Positions 29,093-37,434 of a DNA stretch of 64,000 bases are shown here, piece by piece. The notes under the pieces were generated by a model, which was not told where the DNA came from, searched no databases, and saw nothing but the letters and a program-made list of their open reading frames with translations. Source of the DNA: Minisyncoccota bacterium (GTDB taxonomy: Bacteria > Patescibacteriota > Minisyncoccia > Phycocordibacterales > UBA2100). The position numbers and the translations under genes were made by a program. Location: positions 67,011 through 131,010 of the forward strand of contig JARLIE010000040.1 of the NCBI GenBank assembly GCA_031291875.1, written 5' to 3'. Numbering within the stretch: the stretch's first letter is position 1; every line of letters starts with the position of its first letter.

Positions 29093-29164
29093 GCCCTTGT
29101 AGTTCAATGGATAGAACACCGGACTTCTAAGCCGGTTATGTTGGTTCGATTCCAACCGAGGGCA
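29093..29164 (+). tRNA. tRNA-Arg (anticodon TCT)
   Basis: Acceptor GCCCTTG/CGAGGGC, D-arm GTTC-aatggata-GAAC, anticodon loop cTTCTaa, T-arm GTTGG-ttcgatt-CCAAC. No encoded CCA. One A-G mismatch at the base of the anticodon stem. Confidence 0.75.
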
Positions 29165-29199
29165 ATGACGAAGTACTTGACCTCGGTTGGAATCGAACC
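29143..29199. repeat. perfect 19-bp inverted repeat: tRNA-Arg 3' end and its reverse complement 19 nt downstream
   Basis: GGTTCGATTCCAACCGAGG at 29143-29161 and CCTCGGTTGGAATCGAACC at 29181-29199. Confidence 0.7.
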
Positions 29200-29282
29200 A
29201 GGAGGGGGTCGGGGAACCTGCTGGTTCCCTGTGGAGGAAGGCTTGGGAAAACCGTGGGTTTCCCAGGAGTTCCATTCCAACT

Positions 29283-29372
29283 CAGGAGCGATGTTTCGCC
29301 AGCAGGCGAAACTGGCGAGCAGGGGTCGCGGAAATCTCCTCGCTGGCGACAAAATTATCCGTGACCATGACG
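29283..29372 (+). repeat. conserved structured intergenic element, copy 1
   Basis: GAGCGATGTTTCGCC-agca-GGCGAAACTGGCGAG...GGGTCGCGGAAAT...TATCCGTGACCA. Shares ~85 nt with copy 2 and the stem arms with copy 3. Confidence 0.6.
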
Positions 29373-29426
29373 GTGTGTCCGAGTAACTATTCGATTCTAA
29401 GTCCACATCTGCTATATTGATCCCGC

Positions 29427-29501
29427 GCGCGCTTAGCTCAGTGGTAGAGCAGCGCTTTTACACAGCGAAGGTCAGGGGTTCGAATCCCTTAGCGCGCACC
29501 A
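29427..29501 (+). tRNA. tRNA-Val (anticodon TAC)
   Basis: Acceptor GCGCGCT/AGCGCGC, D-arm GCTC-agtggta-GAGC, anticodon loop ttTACac, T-loop TTCGAAT, encoded CCA. Confidence 0.85.
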
Positions 29502-29546
29502 ATGACACAAGGACGTGCCCTGCGGCAAGTCCTTGTGCTTTGGGGC

Positions 29547-29636
29547 GGGCCGGAGCGATCTTTCGCCAGCAGGCGAAACTAGCGAGGCCGGGTCGCGGAA
29601 ATTTGCATCTGGATGCAAAGTATCCGTGACCACAAA
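29547..29636 (+). repeat. conserved structured intergenic element, copy 2
   Basis: GAGCGATCTTTCGCC-agca-GGCGAAACTAGCGAG...GGGTCGCGGAAAT...TATCCGTGACCA. Confidence 0.6.
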
Positions 29637-29717
29637 ACAAACGAGACCGATGCATGCCATCGGTCGACTAGGGAAAATTTGCCCAATCAGCCCCCTGATG
29701 CTATAGTGCCGCGACTT

Positions 29718-30191
29718 ATGGCATTCAAGATTTCACCGGTCGACACGGAGGCCCGCAGCAGGCTCGATATTCGAGCCGGCGACACTGTCCGTGTACACCA
29801 GAAAATCGAAGAAAAGGGGAAGTTTCGTATCCAGATCTTCGAGGGCTTGGTGCTTGCCCGCAAGCACGGCCGCGAAGCCGGGGGCACCTTTACTGTTCGC
29901 CGCGTCCTATCGGGCGTCGGTGTTGAGAAGATTTTCCCGCTCTACTCTCCAATGATCGACAAGATCGAGATCGTGAAGCGCTCCCGCGTACGCCGCGCGA
30001 AGCTCTACTTCATCCGCGAGAAGGTTGCCCGCGAAGCTCGCCGCCAGTTGCGCCGCACGCGCATGATGACCAGCGACGAAATGCAGGCGGAATTTGCCAA
30101 CGAAAGCGAGGCACAAAAGGAAAAGATCGTCGAAGAGATGACTGCTCCGACCAACGACGCGGTCGAAACGACTGGCGAGAAATCCGAATAG
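29718..30191 (+). CDS. rplS: 50S ribosomal protein L19
   Basis: [51 protein letters not shown]...[44 protein letters not shown], with an acidic C-terminal extension. ATG 10 nt after TGCTATAGT. Confidence 0.85.
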   Translation: MAFKISPVDTEARSRLDIRAGDTVRVHQKIEEKGKFRIQIFEGLVLARKHGREAGGTFTVRRVLSGVGVEKIFPLYSPMIDKIEIVKRSRVRRAKLYFIREKVAREARRQLRRTRMMTSDEMQAEFANESEAQKEKIVEEMTAPTNDAVETTGEKSE

Positions 30192-30227
30192 CGCATACAA
30201 TAGCAACGCTCCGATTTGGAGCGAGAA

Positions 30228-30314
30228 GCGCAGGTGGCGAAATTGGTAGACGTACTACCTTGAGGTGGTAGCGCCCTCACGGGCATGGGAGTTCGAGTCT
30301 CCCCCTGCGCACCA
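30228..30314 (+). tRNA. tRNA-Leu (anticodon GAG)
   Basis: Acceptor GCGCAGG/CCTGCGC, long variable arm, anticodon loop tTGAGgt, T-arm GGGAG-ttcgagt-CTCCC, encoded CCA. Confidence 0.85.
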
Positions 30315-30321
30315 AACTGCC

Positions 30322-30355
30322 AAAGCCGGAGACACACTCCGGCTTTGTGCTTTCC
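30322..30355 (+). terminator. rho-independent terminator after tRNA-Leu
   Basis: AAAGCCGGA-gacacac-TCCGGCTTT followed by gtgcTTTcc. Confidence 0.5.
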
Positions 30356-30543
30356 AAAATCCTCGTTCGCGGTGGGATACCGAGGCTCTTACCGAATCGT
30401 AATCATCGATTCCCCGAATCCGGTATCTTCTTCCTCTACGTTATTGAGATAGAGTAAGGATGCCGCGACAAGCATGAAAACTATTTTGATCGCGAGGCCG
30501 GTACCCATGCTGTCGAGGATATTTGAGGGTGCGACAGTTCCCC

Positions 30544-31203
30544 TTAGTACCAATTTCCCGTGTAGGGATCTTGCACCCACTGCTGCGGGTCTTTGCCGCA
30601 GGGCGCGTACGTCGGATAATCCGACCAGTAGCAAAGCTGCGTGCCAAAAGGACCGTATGTACCGGAAGGGTAGGAGTACGATTGCGGCTGTGAAGTGTAG
30701 GAGTTTGTGTTGTATCCGGTGGAGTACCCGTAGTTGGGCGTCGAGTTTTGGTATCCGCTCGTATAGCCGTAGTTGGAATTAGTTTGGTATTGCGACGACG
30801 AAGGATAGTAATTGTAGGAAGGTGCCGCGTAGCTTTGGTACTGCTGCGCGATCTGGAGACCGTACGCGACATATGGCATCGCTGAGCTCGGGATGTAGGA
30901 GGTGTAGTTGTTTTGTTGCGGAGCCGTTTGGTACGACGTGGGCTGACTGTAGTACTGGGAGGTGGGGTAGTACGCAGAGCTCGGAGTGTTGTACGAATTT
31001 TGATTCGGGTACGAATAGTAGTTCGGGCTTGTATTTGAATAGTACTGCGCTGTAGTGCCGCCGCAGGTCATAGATTCGTTCATTTCGTCGTTGCACGAAC
31101 CCTCTCCCGACTCGTTGTCGTACGATTGCGCGAGCGCAAGCGCCGGCATCACAATAAAGGCGAGCGCGATCGCGCCAGCGAAGTGTTTCTTGAATGTATT
31201 CAT
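30544..31203 (-). CDS. secreted Tyr/Asn/Gln/Ser/Pro-rich low-complexity protein
   Basis: Signal peptide MNTFKKHFAGAIALAFIVMPALALA, then extreme Y/N/Q/S/P composition with Cys at both ends of the mature region. Own TTGACT-16-TAGAAT promoter on the minus strand. Confidence 0.5.
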   Translation of the reverse strand: MNTFKKHFAGAIALAFIVMPALALAQSYDNESGEGSCNDEMNESMTCGGTTAQYYSNTSPNYYSYPNQNSYNTPSSAYYPTSQYYSQPTSYQTAPQQNNYTSYIPSSAMPYVAYGLQIAQQYQSYAAPSYNYYPSSSQYQTNSNYGYTSGYQNSTPNYGYSTGYNTNSYTSQPQSYSYPSGTYGPFGTQLCYWSDYPTYAPCGKDPQQWVQDPYTGNWY

Positions 31204-31260
31204 AACGCCGGAATTCTACATCAAAGATGCAATAAGTCAAGTATCTGCTATAGTACTCGC

Positions 31261-32358
31261 ATGATTCGTCGGTATCTCCCAAAAAACGTGAAGGAGCTTG
31301 TGCACTGGTATGAGCGCTACGTCTCACCGATCTCGCTGGTCGCGGGATTCATTTCGGACAACCTCATTTTGCTGCGCCGCGTAGATCTTTGGACGACCGA
31401 TGCACTCTTTATCTTCTACCTGGTGCTCTCAAGTGCCGGGATCCTGCTCATCAACGCGCTCGAGGCAGGGAAGATAAAGCAGAAATTTCTCGTCGAGTCG
31501 GCTCCCGCGATCCCGATCGTCGTGCAGTTCGCGGTCGGTGGTCTTTTCAGTGGATTCCTCTCGCTCTATTCAAGAAGCGCAGGCTACGCGGCGAGCTGGA
31601 TTTTTGTCCTGATTGTCGCAGCGCTTTTGTTGGGCAACGAGCGATTCGCGCGCTTCTATGTGCGCGTTCCCGTGCAGATCTCGATTCTTTTCACGACGCT
31701 CTTCGCGTTCCTGATCTTCTTTTTGCCGGTTGAATTCCACAAGATCGGTCCGTGGATGTTTGCGCTTAGCGGCGCCACGGCACTCGTACTGATCTCGCTC
31801 TTCCTCGCGCTGATGCTCAAGTTGATACCGCCGTTGCGTAGGCAACTCACTGCGTGCGCGCGAGCCATCGCCATCATCTATCTGGCGTTTAACGCGCTGT
31901 ATTTTACCAGCGCGATCCCGCCGTTGCCGCTTTCGCTCAAAGATGCGGGCGTCTACCACGATGTTGTGCACGATACGACGACCGGCGATTACGTCGTGAG
32001 TGGCGAAGAACAACCATGGTACGACTCGATCTATCCATTTGATGTGACCTATCACGAAGTGCAGGGCGACAATGTGTTTGTGTATACCTCCATCTTCGCG
32101 CCATCCGGACTTTCGACGCAAATATTGCACCAATGGCAGTACAACGATGGCGGTACCTGGGTTACGAAAGCCACGATCGAGTATCCGATCATCGGCGGAC
32201 GCGACGGGGGGTACGAGGGGTATTCTGAAATAGCGAACCCTGCCCCGGGAAAGTGGCGTGTAAACGTGATTACCCAGTATGGACAGCTGATCGGGCGAAT
32301 CTCGTTTGCCATTGTCGCTGCGACAGACACGCCGGAGCTTATAACAGCCACGAAATAG
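31261..32358 (+). CDS. hypothetical polytopic membrane protein with C-terminal extracytoplasmic domain
   Basis: ATG at 31261 lies 6 nt after TGCTATAGT. ~7 TM followed by a ~150-aa soluble domain. Confidence 0.5.
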   Translation: MIRRYLPKNVKELVHWYERYVSPISLVAGFISDNLILLRRVDLWTTDALFIFYLVLSSAGILLINALEAGKIKQKFLVESAPAIPIVVQFAVGGLFSGFLSLYSRSAGYAASWIFVLIVAALLLGNERFARFYVRVPVQISILFTTLFAFLIFFLPVEFHKIGPWMFALSGATALVLISLFLALMLKLIPPLRRQLTACARAIAIIYLAFNALYFTSAIPPLPLSLKDAGVYHDVVHDTTTGDYVVSGEEQPWYDSIYPFDVTYHEVQGDNVFVYTSIFAPSGLSTQILHQWQYNDGGTWVTKATIEYPIIGGRDGGYEGYSEIANPAPGKWRVNVITQYGQLIGRISFAIVAATDTPELITATK

Positions 32359-32447
32359 CAACCCACTGATTCGACTTGACGGCGCGGGCGTTAGCGTCAC
32401 AATATATATGAACGGCAGCCAATTGCTGCGGAATTGCGCATACCACC

Positions 32448-32834
32448 ATGATCCAAAAACTCGCTTGGGCATACGCCATTGTTTTCGTCGTGATAGGGCT
32501 TCTCGGATTTATCCCGATGTTTGTTTCTGAGGATTTACTGCTGGGTGTTTTCTCTGTAACTGCAATGAATAACGTTTTGTATTTGCTTTCAGGGCTCTTG
32601 GCGATCGCGGCCGCTTGGGTCGGCGGTTCCTATCCGCGACTGTATTTCAAAGTATTCGGTATTCTGTACGCCTTTGCCGCGATCATCGGCTTCGCGCAAG
32701 GCGATACTGTTGTAGGACTTATGGCGGTTAATGCCGCAAATAACACGCTGCATCTCATTGCCGCGATCGTTGCGCTCTGGGCCGGATTCGGGGTCAAAGT
32801 GGAGGTTCCTGCGCGAGCGGGGGTGGCGGCGTAG
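32448..32834 (+). CDS. small 4-TM membrane protein
   Basis: 128 aa, four hydrophobic helices. Confidence 0.45.
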   Translation: MIQKLAWAYAIVFVVIGLLGFIPMFVSEDLLLGVFSVTAMNNVLYLLSGLLAIAAAWVGGSYPRLYFKVFGILYAFAAIIGFAQGDTVVGLMAVNAANNTLHLIAAIVALWAGFGVKVEVPARAGVAA

Positions 32835-32899
32835 AGTCGTTTACGACCTTGTGCGGTCGCAACATCGTCCACAATCTGTTATAACTGCACTGTTTGCAT

Positions 32900-32972
32900 G
32901 GCGATCGTGGTGTAAAGGTTAACACTGGAGCTTGTGGAGCTCTCAATCCGGGTTCAATTCCCGGCGATCGCC
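32900..32972 (+). tRNA. tRNA-His (anticodon GTG) with genome-encoded G-1
   Basis: Extra 5' G pairing with discriminator C73. Acceptor GCGATCG/CGATCGC, D-arm GTGT-aaaggtta-ACAC, anticodon loop ttGTGga, T-arm CCGGG-ttcaatt-CCCGG. Confidence 0.8.
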
Positions 32973-33044
32973 CCGACTTAGTGGGCAAGATCAGCTTACC
33001 TGATCGCCTAGGCATGACTCATGCGAAACGCCCACCTCTTTCAC

Positions 33045-33800
33045 TTAGGTGCGCCAGTCTGTGCGTATATCGATATACTCCTCGCTCCACGGTTTTTTTG
33101 TGAACGTCGTCCAAATGTAATTGAGCGCGTACCGCATACCCATTTTTACAATGCCTTCGTGTGCGAGCCGGCGGCCGGAGGCATATATCGGCAATCGGAA
33201 GGTCCAAACAACGTTGCCGACCGCGCTTAGGCGCCTTGCCACGTCGGTGTCTTCGCCGTAAAAGCGGATGGACGTATCGAATCCCTGGATCTTTTCCAGT
33301 GCGTCGCGTCGAACGACGAAGTTGCCACCCTGGAGCATCGCGCCGACACGCAATACATATTTATTAAAGAGGTAGGTGATATAACCAATGCCATAAAAAC
33401 ACGTCACCCAGAAGCGCGAGAGAGGGAAGAGGTCGTAGTACGTAAACGGACCAGAAAGCGCGACCAGCGACTTGTCGCGCTCAAATGCCCGTACGACGGT
33501 ATCGAGCCAGCCCGGTGGCACCATCGTGTCGGAGTCGACGTTGGCGATCAATTCCCCGTGCGAATGCTCAAAGCCGGCTTGGCGAGCAAAGGTCAAGCCT
33601 TTGCGCTGTTCGTCAACAACCGTGACACCAGGGAAGCTTTGCGCAATCTCTTTCGTGCGGTCGGTCGAGGCGTTGTTAACGACCACGATCTCCACCTGAC
33701 CCTCCATACCGGCGCGAACGATTTCCTTTTGGACCGATTCCAAACACCGGGCAATACGCTGCTCCTCGTTGTAGGCGGGGATCGAGAAGCTGATCTTCAT
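33045..33800 (-). CDS. family-2 glycosyltransferase
   Basis: MKISFSIPAYNEEQRI...IVVVNNASTDRT...ANVDSDT (GT2 DxD region). Confidence 0.75.
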   Translation of the reverse strand: MKISFSIPAYNEEQRIARCLESVQKEIVRAGMEGQVEIVVVNNASTDRTKEIAQSFPGVTVVDEQRKGLTFARQAGFEHSHGELIANVDSDTMVPPGWLDTVVRAFERDKSLVALSGPFTYYDLFPLSRFWVTCFYGIGYITYLFNKYVLRVGAMLQGGNFVVRRDALEKIQGFDTSIRFYGEDTDVARRLSAVGNVVWTFRLPIYASGRRLAHEGIVKMGMRYALNYIWTTFTKKPWSEEYIDIRTDWRT

Positions 33801-33948
33801 ACGTCGCCCTAGTATACCCAAAAGAAAACCGGACGGAACATTCTTCCACCTGATTTAAGGATTCGAACCACTGCCCCTCGCAGAGAGCAACAGGGCTCGA
33901 GTGCGCAGCCGCGAGTCGCATAGGCTTTTGGGTGGTACCATCTCGAGT

Positions 33949-34407
33949 ATGAGTCCGGCGCTTTTCTTTCTCATTATTCTTTGGACGGCGTATGTTTTTG
34001 CAAAAGTGGAGATTGCGATTGAAGGGAAGCACGGCTGGGCGGAGAATTTGCCGACGTGGCGGCTCCCGACGACCAACTGGGCGAGCATCATCTTCTTCAG
34101 TGGGAAGCCTGCGACGGGATACCACATTTGGATGGAAATTTTTATCCTCTCCATGCTTCACTCGGTTTACGTCTATGTAGAGCCGTCCTGGATGATCGAG
34201 CTGCAGATATTCGCGTACTTCTTTTTCTTCTCCATCAGTGAGGATTTTCTGTGGTTCGCGCTTAATCCCGCATTTGGCATCAAGAATTTCCGCAAAGAAA
34301 AGATTTGGTGGCACCGTAAACACTGGTGGTGGATCGCGCCGCGCGATTACTATCTTTTCCTCGTGATCGGTACCGGGCTCTACCTGCTTTCGTTCGTGGT
34401 TCGATAA
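33949..34407 (+). CDS. hypothetical Trp-rich membrane protein
   Basis: ATG at 33949 is 7 nt after TGGTACCAT. 4 TM. Confidence 0.4.
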   Translation: MSPALFFLIILWTAYVFAKVEIAIEGKHGWAENLPTWRLPTTNWASIIFFSGKPATGYHIWMEIFILSMLHSVYVYVEPSWMIELQIFAYFFFFSISEDFLWFALNPAFGIKNFRKEKIWWHRKHWWWIAPRDYYLFLVIGTGLYLLSFVVR

Positions 34408-36728
34408 CGGAGCAACATAAGCGCAAGTAAAAACATCGCCGCGGCCGTGATGAGCGCGAGAACGATCGTGAAGTACGCTCCCGCAGCCGTTGGCGGCGCG
34501 ATCATAAAGAATGTCTGGACCAGCGGAATCTGCAGCGTTACCAGCAGCACGATGCATTCGAAGATACCGAGCCCCGCGAGCTGCAGAGACTGTACCCAAT
34601 TGAGCCTCCCGGTGTGGAAGCTCGGCGCGAGCAGGAAATAGAAATAGCCGAGCGCGATGAAAAAGAGTACGAGGAGGGAACTTGAGGTGAGTCCATGTGT
34701 CAGAGAGAAATAGAACACGCCGATCGCGGCGGCGGTTTGCAAAAGGGCGAGCGCGAAGGGCAAGGGCAGCACTCGCTCGAGGAATGGTCGTTTACTTACT
34801 GCAATGGTGCGCTCGTGCGGTCGAATCGCCCAGTATGCGACGAGCGCTCCTGGCATTCCGATCGCGAAATAGTTGATGTACGAAATATTGAGCGGGGCGA
34901 GCGGGAAGTCGTGATTGAGGAGCGTGAGTATGAGGAAGAGGAAGAAGCTCAAAAATGTCTGGTTCATAAAAATACTCGCGTAAATCTCGATGTTTTCGAT
35001 CATGCTGTCGGCCAATTGCACGCCGCCGGGCAATTCGACGAAACTGTTTTTTGTGAGGATGACCGCCGATACCTGACGCGCAGCGGCTGCGCCCTCGGCC
35101 ATCGCGATACCCAAGTCTGCTTTCTTGAGCGAAAGTGCGTCGTTGGCGCCGTCGCCGACCATCGCGGTGAAGCCGTCTTGCTTGAGCGCCTCGATGATTC
35201 GTTCTTTTTGTTCCGGCTTGATGCGAGCGAAAACCGTGTAGTTTTTGGCGTGATTAAGATAGTGCTCGACATCCCAAGTGTTCATTTCGACGCCGGTGAT
35301 TACCTTGTCCGCATTGCGGATTCCGCATCTTTGCGCCACAACGTGTGCGGTCTCAGGGTGATCACCCGTGAGCACGCGGATAGTGACACCACGGTTTTGG
35401 AAGAACGCGATTGCATCCTGGATACCCTCACGCAATTTGTTGCTTTGGACGAATACGGCGACGATCGAGAGCTTCTCGCTCCCGAGGGTCCGCGGCACCT
35501 GCGGCGTCGATTCGGTCGCTCGCACAATGCAGGTAACATGCTTCCCATCTCGTGTTTGCTCGTCGATGACTGCCTGCAGCCACACTCGCTCGCTCGGCTC
35601 GAGCTTTCCAATAAATGCTTCTGGCGCGCCCGCGAGAATACATTCGCTCTTTGAGCCGGGAATACAGACGCCGCCATATTGTCGCCAAGAAGAAAAGGGA
35701 AGTGTGTCGGCGATCTCAGGCGCCTGCTCTCCCGCGAGATACTTTTCCATCGCGCTTACCAGCTGCGAGGAGTCCTGCGATCCTTGCACGTACGCGGCGG
35801 CGAATGTTCGTGCCCGTGAGAGATCTTCGTGAGCGGGGATCAGCATGCGCTCGACCGTCAGCTCGTTTTCCGTCAGGGTGCCCGTTTTGTCGACACAGAG
35901 ATTTTTAATATGACCGAACTTTTCCGTGGCATTCACTTCCTGCAGCAGTACGTGGCGATTGTAAAAATGCGCCCCGCCGAACGTGAAAAGCAGCGTGACG
36001 GTCACCACGAGCCCCTGTGGTACGAGTACGCTCGCGAGCGCGCCGATATTCTCCACGATTCGAAGTTGCGGCTCGTGCACCAGTGCACCTCGGATCACCA
36101 CGAGTGCGATTGTCGCAAGGAGCGTGTACACCGTGTATTCGATAATTTTTTGGATCGAAAGCTGGATAGGGCTTGGATTGGTCGTATAGCGTTTCAGGCC
36201 TTCCGCCATTTTTGCGACGCGACTTTCAGCGAATGGTGTTTCCACCTTAATGACCCCGCCGCCGGCGGTTATCACGCTTCCTGCGAGCAATTCGTCACCG
36301 GTTTTCTTTTGGATCGTGTCGCTTTCGCCGGTTATGAGGCCTTCGTTGATCTCCACGCCATTGCTAAGGAGCAGTGTCGAATCGCAGGGAACCTGATCGC
36401 CGAGTTTGATGCGCAAGCGATCGCCCTTACGGATTTCCGGCAGCATGACTTCGGTCTCGGTTCCGTCGTCGTTGATCCTGTGAATGCGCACAGCGGTCAG
36501 GATTTGTAGCTTTTCGAGCGTAAACCAGGCCCGCACGTCCTGACCAAAACCTAGGGCGATATTCACGAGCACCACTGCGCCCAGGAACAGGCCTTCCTGT
36601 GCGTCGCCAAATACAATAAGTAGGATTACGACGCCGAATATAATCGCATTGATCGGAAGAAATAAATGCCGCGCCGCGATACGAGCAATCTCAAGAGACT
36701 TTCGCTGCAGTGATTGGCGATCCGGCAT
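34380..36728 (-). CDS. cation-transporting P-type ATPase (P2/P3-like)
   Basis: DKTGTLTENEL, TGD and GDGANDALSLKKADLGIAMA motifs. 10 TM. Start taken at the internal ATG (MPDRQSLQ...) that abuts the upstream GT2 gene. Confidence 0.85.
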   Translation of the reverse strand: MPDRQSLQRKSLEIARIAARHLFLPINAIIFGVVILLIVFGDAQEGLFLGAVVLVNIALGFGQDVRAWFTLEKLQILTAVRIHRINDDGTETEVMLPEIRKGDRLRIKLGDQVPCDSTLLLSNGVEINEGLITGESDTIQKKTGDELLAGSVITAGGGVIKVETPFAESRVAKMAEGLKRYTTNPSPIQLSIQKIIEYTVYTLLATIALVVIRGALVHEPQLRIVENIGALASVLVPQGLVVTVTLLFTFGGAHFYNRHVLLQEVNATEKFGHIKNLCVDKTGTLTENELTVERMLIPAHEDLSRARTFAAAYVQGSQDSSQLVSAMEKYLAGEQAPEIADTLPFSSWRQYGGVCIPGSKSECILAGAPEAFIGKLEPSERVWLQAVIDEQTRDGKHVTCIVRATESTPQVPRTLGSEKLSIVAVFVQSNKLREGIQDAIAFFQNRGVTIRVLTGDHPETAHVVAQRCGIRNADKVITGVEMNTWDVEHYLNHAKNYTVFARIKPEQKERIIEALKQDGFTAMVGDGANDALSLKKADLGIAMAEGAAAARQVSAVILTKNSFVELPGGVQLADSMIENIEIYASIFMNQTFLSFFLFLILTLLNHDFPLAPLNISYINYFAIGMPGALVAYWAIRPHERTIAVSKRPFLERVLPLPFALALLQTAAAIGVFYFSLTHGLTSSSLLVLFFIALGYFYFLLAPSFHTGRLNWVQSLQLAGLGIFECIVLLVTLQIPLVQTFFMIAPPTAAGAYFTIVLALITAAAMFLLALMLLRYRTTNESR

Positions 36729-36730
36729 AC

Positions 36731-37432
36731 TTAGCGGATCTCCTCGTAGGTGAAGCGTCGCTGCCATGACGCGGGAAGCAACGCGACGAACGTCCAGTAG
36801 AAAAGGGTGTACCACCAGCCGAGCGCCTCGAAGCGGCGGATCGAGGTCGAGGCGTTTTTGGTCCACAGATAAAAGAATTTACCGTGACGCTCGGCCTGTC
36901 TGATCATGTCGATATCCTCCGCAGTCACCATGTGCTCGTTGTAGCGCAAAAGGGGGAAGAGCGAACGCTTCACGAGTTGCATGGTGAATGAGGTTCTCGA
37001 GAGCATGTGGCCGACGTTGTGCACCCAAAACCAGGCGCGGGCATACGCGGTATCGGGGAACGGACGCAGTGAAACGGTTCCTGTCGTGTAGCCAGTGCGG
37101 CGCGAAAGAAACGCATTCAGTTCTTTGAGAATGTCTTTCTCAAGAAAGGTGTCCGCATCGAGAAAAATAACCCAATCGCTTTGCGGTGAAAGATGATCGA
37201 TTCCCGTGTTTCTCGCGCGAGAGGCCCCCTTGTCGCTTTGAAGTACGTGAAAATTGCCGTCTTCGAATTTTTTCGCGAGAGCGAGCGTCCGATCGGTCGA
37301 TCCGTTCTCTATCACGAGCACTTCGTATTTCGATGTCGGATATTCCAAACGCTTGAGGTGTATCAGCGTGCTCTCGAGGTATCGTTCTTCATTGTGGGCG
37401 GGAATGACGAATGAAAAAAAGAGGGGCTCCAT
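36731..37432 (-). CDS. family-2 glycosyltransferase
   Basis: FSFVIPAHNEERYLESTL...VLVIENGSTDRT...IFLDADT. Confidence 0.7.
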   Translation of the reverse strand: MEPLFFSFVIPAHNEERYLESTLIHLKRLEYPTSKYEVLVIENGSTDRTLALAKKFEDGNFHVLQSDKGASRARNTGIDHLSPQSDWVIFLDADTFLEKDILKELNAFLSRRTGYTTGTVSLRPFPDTAYARAWFWVHNVGHMLSRTSFTMQLVKRSLFPLLRYNEHMVTAEDIDMIRQAERHGKFFYLWTKNASTSIRRFEALGWWYTLFYWTFVALLPASWQRRFTYEEIR

Positions 37433-37434
37433 AC

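Noticed and set aside
29181-29260. Possible minus-strand tRNA using the inverted T-arm copy downstream of tRNA-Arg.
   Set aside because: I could not build a cloverleaf. The T-stem 5' strand does not pair, and no complementary 5' acceptor strand or D/anticodon arms are present.
29050-30360. tRNA cluster with repeats as a possible integrated mobile element or CRISPR-like array.
   Set aside because: No integrase, recombinase, transposase or direct repeats flank the region. Only two or three element copies and no spacer-repeat periodicity.
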